From contig CM030332.1 in assembly GCA_017654855.1 (NCBI GenBank), positions 682,001 through 746,000 on the forward strand: a DNA stretch of 64,000 bases, written 5' to 3'. A model generated the notes under the pieces. The model saw only the letters and a program-made list of their open reading frames with translations, had not been told where the DNA came from and searched no databases. Below, one piece after another: positions 48,762 to 62,126 of the stretch. How positions within the stretch are numbered: the first letter of the stretch is position 1; each line of letters starts with the position of its first letter. The position numbers were made by a program, and so were the translations under genes. This stretch comes from Podospora anserina (Eukaryota).

Positions 48762-51700
48762 ATGACGGAGAATAGGACCGAGCAGTGTTTTCCTCTTCTC
48801 CCCACCACAATCGTTTTGGATTCACAGCAGTCTCCTCCTGTATCTGCTCTCCCGCCAGCGCAGATCCCCCCAGCCGCGACCTCGTCCCGTCGAGACAATC
48901 CCGGACCGGTCGACTATTTCTCTTGCCAAGACGACAGCAGCGAGCAGTTTGACGAGACCGGGGCGACCATCGACGAGGTTGTGAGTGAGTGGACGGCATC
49001 CTCGAATAGCAGCCGGCATGATTCCGACGTATCAACGCCATTCTCCTTGACCCGATCATTGTTGGGTTTAGGTCCGCAAGTTTCAGCCGATTTTGGATTC
49101 TGGTCTCCCTCGTCGGCAGCGTCGTCCGAGCCACCCTCCAGGGCACCGCCAGGCGCCCTGGGAAAGAGGCTATCCGGCGCGGAATATCGCCCAACCCGAC
49201 CTTTAGGATCTCCTCTGAAGAAGCCGCGCCTCACATCGTTCCCGCCCAACCTGACCGGGAAGCCGCCCACTGCAAATCCCAACCTTTTATCTCCCCTCTT
49301 TTTCTCAAACTCGGCGAGGGGGACGAGAATGAACTATCCATCCGGATTTGCAGATCCCGAGGCAGCGGCGTCGATGATGGGAACTCAAGAGGGTCAGGAG
49401 GGCTTCACTACTTTGCGTCTTCCCAAGTCAGTTACTACCGCCAGTCCTTCGAGATCGTCGGGCACCCCTGGGAGTTGGTCGTCTGCGGAGCAATCGAACC
49501 CGTCACGGAGCCCTGATGGCTGGCCGCCATCTAATATCGCCGGATTACTCCAAGGCATAGGGGTTGTCGAGTTGCTGGAACAAGACGAACGGCCGACGTT
49601 TATGATCGACCTCAATGAACCAGCAAATTTCGGCCCTGGACAACTGCGTATAATATATGTCAATGCGGCGCTCAAGGCGTCTACTGAGCTGCTGGAGCGT
49701 TTGCAGAACGAGACGTCTGTCGGGGGGCATACTACTGAGTTTTCACACTTCAAATCCTGGGCTCTAACTCTTGTGCCGGACCGGCTTTCGCTCGATGGAA
49801 GCACGGTTTCTCCCCCATCGTGGGCGGGGATGAACTGGTCAGCTTCCACCCTCCGACGTCGATTTCGTGTGGTCCGTGGAAACGCCCATCCTTTGGAGTC
49901 CAAGACGCCCACGCCGCCCAGCTCCACGAATCAACAGCATCCATGGGCTCAAAGCGGTCCTTGGACTGGCCGTGATGTGTTCGCACCGAGAGAACGGGGC
50001 GATTACTTTGGACCCGGTGCCGAGTCCCAATTTCGTTCTTACTCGGAGCCTCGGAGCAGAGCTGGTTCGATTGCCGACACGGTGGTTCAGTCTGTCGACG
50101 ACATGGCGCTCGTGACGCCGCCCCCGCTCATGTCTGCGCCCCTGCCTCAGCTGCAAACCATCTTTGACTGGACTCGAATACCGCTAGACGACCCAAATCT
50201 TGGGCCTCATCATTATTTTGCTCGATCGGTCGATTGGGGGTCAACCTCTTTGGGACCCGTGGAAACGTGGCCTAATGACCTGCGCATCATGTCCAACATG
50301 ATCATGGGGAGTCCTCACCCTGCGGCGCTGTATTGGGGCCCAGACTTTGTTGCCATCTACAACGAAGCATACATTGCGCTCGCGGGTCAAAAGCACCCTC
50401 AGCTCATGGGAAGCCGGTATAAAGACGTTTGGTCGGAGATATGGGACAGCATAGCGCCGGTTTTCGAGGCTGCCTGGAACGACGGGCGGGCAACCATGAA
50501 GCACGACGATGGTCTTTTCATCTCTCGCCACGGTTTCCTCGAGGAGACCTTCTTCAACTGGGCCATCATTCCGTTGGTTGGTAGCGACGGCACCGTGGTG
50601 GCACTATACAATCCTGCCTTTGAAAACACGCGGCGCAAAGTCAGCGAGCGCAGAATGTTGACGCTGCGAGAGGTCGGTGTCAAGACGTCACAGGCCAGGG
50701 ATGTGAAGGGATTCTGGAAACAGCTTCAAAAGGGTCTCGAATACAACCCCTATGATGTCCCCTTTGCTCTCATCTACTCGGTCAGTGAAGATAGTGAGAG
50801 CGAGGTTGGGTCCATGGCTTCCGGCAACCTCAGCCACCCCCCAGTAATCAACCTGGAAGGCTCGATTGGCGTTCCCGAAGGGCACCCTTGCGCTGTGCCC
50901 TCGATAAACTTACGGTCAAGCGATGAAGGATTTGCCCACTACATGCGCGAGTCGATGGCCGATCTAGCCATGCCCGTCATCCTCAGTCTTGAAGACGGCA
51001 CGTTTCCTGTTGAGCTCATCCAGGGGCTTGACTGGCAGGGCTTTGGAGACCCATGCACCACAATTGTCATCTTTCCAGTTCATCCAACAACGTCGGTGGA
51101 TGCAGTGGTTGGCTTCATCGTGTTGGGTATCAACCCTCGACGACGCTACGACGACAACTACAAACTCTTTATCAACTTGCTTTCACGCCAACTGGCAACG
51201 TCCATGGCGTCTGTGGTCCTGTTCGAGGAAGAGATCAAGCGTGGACAGAGAGCGGCCCGGTTGGCTGCGCTGGACCGCCAGGAACTTTCGATGCAGTTAC
51301 ATCTCCGTACTCAGGAAGCCGTCAAGAGCGAGTATCGCTTCACTAGGATGGCCGAGTTTGGACCAGTCGGTCTGTTCATTGCCGATGGTCAGGGCCAAAT
51401 AACCTTTGGAAACGAATCGATATACCGGATTTCAGGCAACGAACGGGCCACGAGCGGTCCAGATTCGTGGATGCACAGCATTCGAGACGAGGATAGGCCG
51501 GGCGTGGAGGAAGTTTGGCACAAACTTTTGGACGAAAAGGTGGCCGTGACGCATGAGTTCCGATTCCGGGGTTCCAAGCGGCTGATTGACGGTCACTCGG
51601 TCGATATTTGGGCATTGATGAGCGCCTACCCCGAAAAAGACGAGTACGGCGAGCTCAAGAGCATTTTTGGTTGCATCACGGACATCTCACAACAAAAATG

Positions 51701-53438
51701 GGCCGAAGACTTTCAGAAACAGAGGCGAGATGAGGCGGTTGAACTGAAGCGACAGCAAGAAAATTTCATCGATATAACAAGTCATGAGATGCGGAATCCT
51801 CTGAGCGCCATCCTTCAATGCGCCGATGAAATATCGTCAAGTCTCAACGAGTTCAAGCACGGGAATGGTCCAGTCGAACAAACTCTGGGTGAATTGACAG
51901 TGCTTGTCGAAAGTTGTGTCGAGGCAGCAAACACCATCTCGCTGTGCGCCAGCCACCAGAAACGAATTGTTGACGACATCTTGACGCTTTCGAAACTTGA
52001 TTCCAATCTGCTGTTGGTTACTCCTGTCGATGTACAGCCTATCATGGTGGTGCAAAATGTGCTCAGGATGTTCGAGGCTGAGCTCCAGTCCAACGACATC
52101 ACGGGGCAGTTTATTATTGAGGACTCGTACCGTGATCTGGAGGTTGACTGGGTCAAGCTCGACCCGTCCCGCCTTCGCCAGGTGCTTATTAATCTAATGA
52201 CGAACGCCATCAAATTCACACAAGGACGACCAACTCGCTCGATCGTGATCAAGCTTGGAGCATCAAGGGAGGCGGAGAGAGAAAGCGGGCTCTCCTACAT
52301 CCCACCAAGGCACCCTGATCAGAGAGATCTTACTGATGAGCCTGATTGGGCTGATGGAGAGAAGATTCACTTGCATCTTGCTGTGACGGACACCGGGCCA
52401 GGGCTGGACGACGATGAAAAGAAGATTCTGTTCCAGCGCTTCTCTCAGGCAAGCCCCAGAACACACGTTCAATACGGCGGCTCTGGGCTTGGACTCTTCA
52501 TCTGCAGGATACTGACCGAGCTGCAAGGCGGGCAAATTGGTGTCTTTTCCGAAAAGGGTGAGGGCAGCACATTTGCCTTTTACATCAAGAGCCGAAAATC
52601 CGATCACCCCCAGGTCAACCTCTCAGCCGCCGCGCCGACACCCCGGCCGACACCGCCACGACAAATGCACCACTCTCATGAGCCGGCTCCACAGCCAGGA
52701 CAATCGACACCAGAACCAGAACCGAAGCCAAAACCAATTACAATGGTGCTTGAGGGGCCAGCCTTGGCTGGTGCATTGCCCAAACCCGTCCGAGAACCCC
52801 AGAACAACTCGCCGTCGATGGACATCCTCATCGTGGAGGACAACCTCGTGAACCAAAAGGTCCTACAACGACAGCTCCAGCGGTCAGGAAACAACACCCG
52901 CGTCGCCAACCACGGCGGCGAAGCTCTCATCGAGCTCAGCAAATCCCGTTTTTGGAACAAGGTAGCGGCCGCAGCAGAAAACGAGCACCCACCTCCCCCG
53001 CAAAGACAAGACTCTGAGATTCTTCCTGATGGTATGGGAGACGTGAAAATGGCCGACGAGGAGGACGAGGACAATGACGACGACAAGGGCGAGCGCAACA
53101 TATCGGTCATTCTGATGGACCTCGAAATGCCCGTCATGGACGGCATGTCGTGCACGAGGGAGATTAGGCGGCTGGAGAGAAAGGGGGTGCTGACGGGTCA
53201 TGTGCCGATTATTGCGGTGACGGCTTATGCGCGGCCGGAGCAGATCGAGAATGCAAAGGCCGCTGGTGTTGTAAGTTTTTTTTTTCTTTCATTTTTTTCT
53301 TTTTCTCTGTGAGTATCGATGCTGATAAGAAAACAACAACAGGACGACGTAATATCAAAGCCGTTCCGCCTGCAAGAGTTGCTGCCAAAGATCGAGGAGC
53401 TGGTGGCAAAGTACAAGACTTTGTCTTGTGAGGCTTAA
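48762..53438 (+). CDS. PAS-domain hybrid sensor histidine kinase / response regulator (probably fungal group XI, DCC-1-like)
   Basis: Exon 1 48762-53270, intron 53271-53342, exon 2 53343-53438. PAS-like regions, H-box SHEMRNPL, N-box LINLMTNAIKFT, G1 DTGPGL and G2 GGSGLGL. Receiver motifs LIVEDN, LMDLEMPVMDG and ISKPF. The group assignment is inferred. Confidence 0.95.
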
Positions 53439-55132
53439 TTGTTGTTAATGATGATATAAAAAATGGGACGGATGGATGATTCCGGGATATTGTTTTTACG
53501 TTTGTGATTGGGATGGGGCGGGAAAGGGGCAAATGATATATGATACCTACCTTTTTTTGCGGCTCAAGTTTTTTTTTCTTTTTTGGAAGGATGGGAGGAA
53601 AGGAGTAGGAGGGAGGGTGAATTTGGTTTACAGCGTTTCTTTTCTTTTGAGGCATAATTCTATTTTTTACCATTTTGGAGACAAGGTTTTTTTTTTTTTT
53701 TTTTTTTTTTGAGGTTTTGTTGGGTCTTATGCTGGGGAGGAGAGGAGAGAGACGGTTGGAGGATGATGATGTGTCGCGCTTTTATTTCTTGCAAGATGGT
53801 GGGAAAAGACTAAACGGGGGAGGGTAGGGATTATAGTTGTGCTCGGATTTTGCACATAAGTCATGAACGGAGTGGAAGCCAAGTGGTAATGTTGGTTGGG
53901 TCTTTTGTACTGGGCCTGGTTTTCTGGATAGTACCAGCAGGCATGCAATGGGATCTGGTTGGGTGTGGACAGACAGCTGGGCAGGGGTTGGCTTCTTGGA
54001 TGCCTATGATACTTATCATATGCAGAGTAATTGGAAAGAAAAGGGATTAATTAGTGTAATGGGGTGTTTTGGTGTTGTTTACTTCATGTGATGAGATACC
54101 CAGAGAAGTTGGGCTATGAGATAGAAGAGAGACATTTTCTAACTTTGAATTGACATGTAACGTATCTTCAAGAGTGTGGTGAGATAAACATGGAAAGTGC
54201 CATACACAAAACAAGCACATGTCCCAAAGAACCAAGGCAGCAAAGAAACAGGAGATAGAGACGAACTCAGCACGCGAGAGGTATATTAATTAGCTATTAA
54301 AAAAGTGTTCATACTCTTAAACTCCCATTCCCATCCTGCACTCTCCCCCGCAAAGCCGCCCCTTATTCAAGACAGCCCAGACACAAAGGCGCAGTAAGAA
54401 ACAAGAGACAGAATAAATTCTCCGCTCCACCACCACCACCACACCACATGCTCATCCGTCATCGTGCACATCCATCATCACACACACACCAACAAACACG
54501 AAACCAACAACCACACCAAGACCAAATCCACTCACACAATCCACCACACTGTAGTGTGTGCACACTCTCCCCTTTTTAGCCCACCTCATCATCCCTCCCA
54601 CAAACCTCCTTTGCTTTCCCTTGCATGACCCAGAAAAGCCAATAAACAGACGACTGACTTGATGCGGACCGAAAGGGGGGGTATACTTTGGGTATCAAAA
54701 AGAGAAAATAACAGGAAAAACTCTGACTGCGCGCGCAACATCATCCAGTGGGAAAACACCAAAGCCAAAAACAAAAACGAGCAAAGCAAGCAGTAAAAAA
54801 AAAAGACGGGAGGTGATCAAGATCGAGTCCTATCTGAGCAATAGGGCCACGGCAAAGAAAGCGTGCCACGGACCAAGTGATTGTTGACAGCCAGATGGAG
54901 TTTCAGTCCTGACGGGTATCTTGACTCTGAAATGCAGATCCGTTTCCGACAAAACCCAAGGGTATAAGGGGGTGTGTTGTGTGTATTAAATATCTCTCAG
55001 CGAGGGGGGTTGCGTGTGATGGAATGATTATGCGGTGGTCATTCATGAATGTTCGCTCTATGTTTTCGTGGTTTCGTTTCCATACGTCTTTCACCGACAT
55101 TGAGATTGCTCGAGGGGAATACGCCTCGTTCT

Positions 55133-57024
55133 CTAAGCAGTGGCGGTGACGACAGGCGCGGCCTCGGCGGGCTTGGGCTTCTCCTCCTCGGCAGCAACGA
55201 CGGGGGCAGCAACCTCAGCGGTCTCGGCAGGCTTGACAGCCTCCTCCTCCTTCTTCTCCTCGGCCTTGTCCTCAGCCTTCTCCTCGGCGACAGCCTCGGT
55301 AGCGGCAGGGGTCTCCTCCTTCTTCTCCTCGACCTTGTCGGCCTTGCCCTTGCCCTTGATGGTGGCGCGGAACTTGGAGAAGGCAGAAGGGGACTTGACC
55401 TTCTCGCCCTCCTCGTCAGAGGAAGCAGACTCCTTCTTCTTGCCGAGGCCGAAGGGGAGAGAGCTCTTGCGCTTGTCGCTCTTAACGGCAGGTCTGGTCT
55501 CGCCGTTGGTCTCGGCAGGAGCAGCAGCAACCTCAGTGGTCTCAGTGGGAACGTTGGCAGGGGAAGAGACCTCAGCAGAGAGGGGCTCAGTGGTCTCAAC
55601 GGCGGGGATCACAGGGGCAGTCTCGGCAACGGCCTCGGTGGCAGCAGGGGTCTCCTTGACGGGAGCCTCAGCAACAGGAGCAGCCTTCTTCTTGCCGAAG
55701 GGGAGGCTGCCAAAGATGCTGGAGCGCTTGGTAGGGACAGCAGGGCGGGCCTCAGCGACCTCCTCCTTCTTCTCCTCAGCCTTCTCCTCGGGCTTGGCCT
55801 CAGTGGCCGCAGCCTCAGTGGTGGCAGGGGCAGCCTCGGTGGTGGTCTCAGCCACGGGGGCAGCCTCGACAGCGGGAGCAACCTCAGCAGCAAGAGCCTC
55901 GGTGGCAGCGGGGGCCTCGGTAGCGGCGGGCTCCTCAGCAGTGGCAGCGGGAGTCTCAGCAGTAGGCTCGGCGGCCTTCTTCTCCTCCTTCTTGCCGAGG
56001 AGGCTGCCGAAGATGGAAGTGCGCTTGCGGCTGGCGGAGCGACGCTTGGGCTCCTCCTTCTTGACCTCCTCGTTCTTCTCCTCCTCCTTGACCTCCTCCT
56101 TGGGGGTCTCGACGGCAGCGGCCTCAACAGGAGCCTCGGCAACGGCGGCGGCGGCCTCCTCAGTGGTGGCAGCAGGGGCAACCTCAGCGGCGGGCTCAGC
56201 AGCCTTTTCCTCCTTCTTGACGGGGGCAGGCTTGAAGCTCTCAAGGGTCTTCTTGTAGGTCTCAGATTCGGTGACAGTGGCGGCAAGCTCCTTGGCCTCG
56301 GCAATCTTGGCCTTCAGCTGGGCAACCCAGTTGTCACGGTCAGCGGCAGTGGGGGCCTTGAAGGTGTGCTTGTGGCCCTTGGAAGAGAAGTGGAACTTGT
56401 TGGTGCCATCGACAACGGGCTCAGTAGCCTCAGCCTGTAATTTTCTGTTAGGATTTGAAACATTTTGAATCGGACATTGAACAGACGTACAAGCTGGATA
56501 GCGCCGTTGGGAGCAGCCTTGTCACCCTTCTCGCTGTAGAAAAGGAGACCCTTGCCGGTCTCGGCAGCCCACGAGGCAACGTGATGGGCGACATCAGCGG
56601 CCTTCTCAGCCTTGAAGCTGGCGATCTCCTTGACATTGACGGGCTCAGAGCCAAACCAGAACAGGGTCTTGGTGTAGAGGAAGTTCCTAATCGAGGATGT
56701 TAGTCACTGATGACTCGAGAACTGTCGAGTCTGGCGTGATGCTGAAACGTACTTGGGGAAGTTGGCGCCCTGGCCCTTGTGCTCGAGGTGGCCCTCCTCA
56801 ACAGGCTTGACCTCCTCCTTCTTGGCCTCCTCGGCCTCGGCAGCGGGAGCCTCAGCGGCGACCTCAGTCTCGGTGGCGGCGGCAGGGGTAGCCTCGACAG
56901 CAGGAGCAGTCTCGGAAACCTCAGCAACGTCGGGGGTGGCCTCAGCGGGCTTCGTCTCGACAACGGGCTCGGCGACAGGAGCGGTGGTCGCAGGGACCTC
57001 AACGGGCTTTGTTGTGTCGGCCAT
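55133..57024 (-). CDS. Meu6-type pleckstrin-homology domain protein, A/E/K/P/T-rich
   Basis: Exons 57024-56753, 56686-56491 and 56434-55133. The spliced product reads EEGHLEHKG..FLYTKTLFWFGSEPV..ASWAAETGKGLLFY..KHTFKAPTAADRDNWVAQL, with repeated KRxSIFG motifs. Very strong codon bias. Confidence 0.85.
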
Positions 57025-59191
57025 TTTTGATTGTGTGATGGGTGGTTGCAAAAAGCAGGGTATCTGGGTATCTCAAGAAAAAAGAAAAAATGGGTATCGG
57101 GTATCACTGAGAGAGAAGACTTCGCAAGAAATATTAAGCACGCGTGGCCTGCACTGGTCTGGACGAGGCAGAAAAACTCGTCGAGTCGAGGTGTTGGCTG
57201 GTGGGTGGAAGGAGAGAAGGAGAGAGAGGAGAATGGAAAGGCGAGCCGTGTGATGGTTCCTGGGGGTACTTATTTCGGAACTGGCAGTCGGTCGTGCTCT
57301 GTGTAGGGAAACGGTAGGACTCTTGTGCGATCCGTCCGCTCTTCTCTCACCCCCCAGTCCCCCCCCCCCCAATCGCCCCCATCAGGTCCAGTGACTCCAG
57401 TCACAGTGAATGGTCCGTTTCCCCTGGCCAGACCCAAAGCGGAAGCAACACTGTGCGACAACCCTTGCCCTCTCGCTGCCCTCGCTCCCTGACCAGCTGC
57501 TGGGCAGACAAAGAAAGGCACACCGTCTTATCCAAAACGATGCTCAGTTGCTGGGAGACACGAAATTGCTTCAAACCGTTATTAGACAGGGATCCAGTTT
57601 TCCCTTTTTTTCCCCTTTGCACACGCGCCTACTGCAGCCACCAAGAGCTCTCAAGGTCCATGGTCCACATTCGCTGCATCTTCACTGGCCAGTGCGCTTC
57701 TGGGGTCCTGGTCAGCCATGCAGGAGGTACTTTGGCGACAAGTACCGACATGTCGTTTCTGTGCCAGGGAGCCCGCTGCAGGACACCATTGAACCCGCCT
57801 GATTTGCATCACGAACCGCCTGAGGGAGTCTCCTGCGCATTGAAGGGGTGACTTGCTGTTGCGGTATCCCTCCCTGAACATGTCCCGTTCTCCAGGCTTG
57901 TCGATCAGGGCCTTGCGTCTGGACACTGGCATCCATCCACGACCTCACCTCGTCAGCCAGCCCCTATTCCCACGTCAACACCCACCGCCTAAACAGAGAT
58001 TTTCCTCTTGTCCCTCCGCTGTAGGTGGGTATCTCTCAAGAACAGTCAGAGCTGCCAAGTTGTCTCCGTTTTCACTTCAAAAGTCAACGATAGCGGTCCT
58101 GTAATTTGACCATCACAAAAGAAGGGTTCGCACGTTGCAAAGCGGGGCGTTTACCGCTTGCCGTCTGCCAGAGCTCCACTCCCGTAAAATTTGGTGCCGA
58201 CGTTATGAGAACGTAATCAACCATGGCCCCACCCATTCCCACTCACCTTTTCACTAGCCCATGCTCACGCCCCAGATGGCGTTCGCGCTGCTCCACATGA
58301 CATCTGCCCGTTCGGACGACACCACAACCTCGACGAAACATTTCAGCGACTCCTTAAAAGGGGGCTCACTCCCTCACTGCAGCTTCCTGGTGTCGGAGTG
58401 CCTTGGCGCCTCTTGTTGGTGATGACCTCGGAAGCCTCTGATTGTTGTGAAGCAGCAGCTCTGGAATGTGAGAGGTGCAAAGAAACTTTTATGCTCCAGC
58501 GTCAGATCATCTTGACAGCCTTGGCCCCACTGCTGCCGCGCATCGCACATGGTCAGGGACCCAAAAGCTGGACACTAGTTTCAAATTCGCTGCATCGATG
58601 AACCTGGCACTTTAAACATCTCGACGTTGACCTCGACAATAAGTGGATGGTATTGCGCCACCAGGCATTTACGCATGGGTAAGATCTACATTTTCTATAT
58701 AAGACCATTAATACTGCGGATTTATATTATAGATATTTACTTTTTACATTAAATTAAATAAAACGCCTTTGTATTATTTAAGTCAAAAATTTATATATTT
58801 TTATAATTTATCGAAGTTTTTGTTAACTTTAGCTTTTACGTTTAATAATATCGATAATAATAATAAATTTATTATTAAGATTCATTTTAACTTTTTTCAT
58901 TGATTAATTATATTACTTTTTTTGGATATTTTTGCTTTAACTTTAAAAAAAATAATTGTTATTATTTTTTATTTATAGACTTTATTAATTTTTTAAACTT
59001 AATTTTAATTACAAAGTTCCGTTTTAACATAATCTGAAATTTCGTTTTTACCTTACGTAAAAATTTATATATATTTTAAAATGATTATAATATAATTATG
59101 GTTTTGTATAGAACTTAAATTAAAAAAATATTTATAATGCATTTTATATATAAGTACTTACTTTGAATATTTCATTATTTCTTAATATATA

Positions 59192-59823
59192 TGTTAGCTG
59201 GTAAGCCCTGATAGGCCTATAATATAGAACCTATACAGGGTTGCTGTAAAATACAGCAGTGCGCAAGCGGAAGCGGGAGGATACGACGGCAGTGCCGAAG
59301 GAAGGTAAAGCACTGTAATACAGTGAGGTATAAAGAATAAGAATTGCCTTTATTACCCTTGGCTTTGGCCTTTGGCCTTAGCCTTAAGCTTTTGCCCTTA
59401 AGGAAAGAAAGAAAACTATTCTACAGGAGAGAGGAGAGGTCTATATATAGGCCTTCGTAAGCCTACTGTGGGTCCTGTAGGCCCTGGAAGCCCCTATACC
59501 ACTTTGGGGTATTTGGTGGGCTTAGGTGGGTCTAGTGTAGACTCACGGAAATCCATAGAACCTTCGGCAGCAGAGGTGCCCTGTAAATCATGCTATTGTG
59601 GCGACTTACTACGTAAGCCTGTAGCCACTTTGGAAGGTTCTAGTATCCATTAACTAAGCCTCAGGCCACAGTAGCCCTGTAAGCCTTCAAGGGTCCCTTG
59701 TAAAGAATATTCTAAAGGGATCCAAGCCGGGAAGTTCCATTACTGCTTATAGCAGTACTGCCCACTGTAATATCAATCTGTAGGGCAGTAAGTAGGGCAC
59801 TTAGTAGTACCCACACATTAACA
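59192..59823. mobile_element. Solo LTR (632 bp), partly RIP-mutated
   Basis: Termini TGTTA...TAACA (5-bp inverted repeat, TG...CA) flanked by a perfect 5-bp duplication ATATA (59187-59191 and 59824-59828). GC is higher than the flanks, but TpA is enriched. Confidence 0.85.
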
Positions 59824-60096
59824 ATATATTATATAGTCCCTAATTTTATTAGATACCTTTAAAAATTATATTGATAAAAAAAATTTTACTGAAAAACGTT
59901 GTAGATTTATTTTTAAAAGATTAAAATTAAAATGTTAGAAAGTTTTAAAAAAAATACATAAACTATAAGTAAAATTTTTTTCTATAAATATAATATTTTT
60001 ATACGAACTCGTTAATTTCATTACAGCTATAATCATTAATTATTAATGATTGTTTTAAAAATAGTAATATTAATGATATAAACTTTAATTAGTAGA

Positions 60097-60537
60097 TGTG
60101 ACGAACCCTGTACAGAACCTCTGAAAGGGATACTGGTTGAAGGTAACTTCTGACAATTGGTTCGGTGCAGCTAAACAGTGCACAACAAGATGTCTCGATG
60201 TAAACACAAGATGCCGTGAATACAACTGTGAATTGCATACTGCGGAACTGTCTATCTACACCAGCCAGTTCCTCCGTATATATAGATCCTGGGGCCCTGA
60301 GGTGCTCGCCTTGCTACGGCCCCGATTACCCATAGCACATTGCATCCTGCAAAGTGCTCGTCGTGCTATGCCTTTGATCACTCGTAGCATCTTGCATCCT
60401 GCAGAGTGCTCGTGTGTCTTGGCGCCATAGCACTTTCGTCCAGCCCTGATTGGCTGTCTCCTGACTTCTCTAATGATTGGCTAGGGACGTCCTGCGCCCC
60501 ACATGTGGCGCGGCCTGCTGTTGGGTTAACTGTGACA
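60097..60537. mobile_element. Solo LTR (441 bp), little or no RIP
   Basis: Termini TGTGAC...GTGACA (TG...CA) with flanks TAGA/TAAA (4-bp duplication, one G>A difference). Contains an internal TATATA, a duplicated TTGCATCCTGCARAGTGCTCGT and two TGATTGGCT boxes. Confidence 0.8.
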
Positions 60538-61830
60538 TAAATATTTAAATTTCAGGCAAATAATTAGTATATATAAAAAAATTTCAAAATTTAGTTTTCG
60601 ATATTACCTTTATTAATAGTATGATTAACAAAGTAACGAACTTAATTATAAAGTATAAAAACTTTTAAGGTTTTTTTAAGCAATAATTTACTTTATTAAA
60701 TATTTTTCAAAATTAATAAAAGCTTTTAAAATACATTTTTATAATATATTTCCTAGACTTTTTTCTATTGTCAATACGCAATTATATAATAAAGATAAAA
60801 ATATTTTTCAATAATATATAAAAGTATTATGAAAATCTTTTACTTCTAACAATTTAAATAATATATATAAAGTTAGATTTTTTTTTATAAAAAAATAAAC
60901 TAGAAAAATAAATAAATAAGAACTAGGTAGTTAAATTATTTTATATATATAAAGTGTTAATGCCAAAGCGGGATATAGCGTAAGTGGCTAGTAGAGTAAT
61001 AGGGTGGTAAGCTCACTTAACGACCACAACAATAACAAGTAGCTTCTTCTTCTCTTTATTGTTGGCCATGCATTGTGATGCTCAGTTGGGCCGATATTCC
61101 TATCAATATTTTTTCTGTGGTTTTCCGTCCCCTGTCTTCGGCAGCCAAATCGAGCGATGAGGTTCAAGCAATATCCACGCCAACAGCAGGGGTTCACGGG
61201 TGGGGGAAAAGCAGCCTCAACATCGGCAAGCCGAAGCCGCTCCAGTGGCGTCTTGTCAGTCGTGGGGTTACCACGGTAGGGCCATCACCGCCTTGACCGC
61301 TTTTCTGACATCGCGACGGCGGCTCGATTTCGAGATTTCATCGGTTACTGAGGTCCTCACACCCTCTGGGCTATCCTCAAGCAACAGGATGGCAAAAGTT
61401 GAGCTTCATGTCGACGCCATGCCGCCGCCCCCTCCTCGTGGCCTGACTGGCAGCCCCTCTGTCCAACCAGTGTCGTTCTTCAGACTCAGAGAAACCACCG
61501 GGCGTTTCCACACATGCAACCACCTCGAAGGGCGCATGATTCTTCATGGTCGCACACAAGCTTGCAGCGTGCAGCTTGCCCGGGTGGGGCCGTGTCTGAA
61601 CTGAACACCTTCTTGTGGCCATCAGTGGATCGCGAACACAAGCCGTGCCACTCCCCTTTTCCAACATCACCCAAAACAGACGGCTACAGGATATCTGATT
61701 CGTCTGTTGAATATGGCGTCTGGCACGACTTGCAAGAAAATAGATTGAGCACAGCCAAATGTGTTGTGGAAAAAAAGGGAAATAGGCGTGCCGTTTGGCG
61801 ATTTTAATCCCGATGGGCTTCTACTACGGC

Positions 61831-62126
61831 CGCGAGAATTACGTCAAAGCCTCGCTGGGCGTTGCAAACCGGACTTCCACAAAAATACGATTTTTTTTTG
61901 GCGAGCGAGACCGCTCGGGCCAGTATCGCGGTAATCAGGGCTATATATCTATGTAGATTATGTTTATACGTTGAAAGTTGCTGGTAATTTATTTAAAAAA
62001 GTAAAAATACAGTTTCTATAATAACTGGCGCACGAGCATCGAAGGCGTGTGAGGCTGCCAAAAAATAGCGTATTTTTGTGGAAGTCCGGTTTGCAACGCA
62101 CAGCGGAGCTTTATTTTTCACGAGGA
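61831..62126. mobile_element. MITE-like element with long imperfect inverted repeats
   Basis: Perfect 31-bp inverted repeat at 61859-61889 and 62069-62099, extending imperfectly on both sides around an AT-rich core. Flanked by direct repeats TACTACGGC and CACTACGGC. Confidence 0.6.

Larger units (their letters stand above)
58690..60960. mobile_element. AT-rich, RIP-degenerated repeat relic (family unidentifiable) hosting two solo LTRs
   Basis: Abrupt switch to very AT-rich, TpA-rich, ORF-free sequence in three segments: ~58690-59191, 59824-60096 and 60538-~60960. Outer boundaries are approximate. Confidence 0.8.

Noticed and set aside
55049..56440. Long plus-strand ORFs (463 and 372 aa) and alternative minus-strand frames
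   Set aside because: They are shadows of the strongly codon-biased, low-complexity PH-domain gene.
58211..58240. ACGTAATCAAC, resembling a Fot1/pogo-type TIR start
   Set aside because: No preceding TA target site, and I found no matching inverted copy or transposase remnant.
60968..61030. GCGGGATATAGCGTAAGTGG, resembling a tRNA 5' end / A-box
   Set aside because: No T-loop GTTCRA and no acceptor-stem partner follow it.
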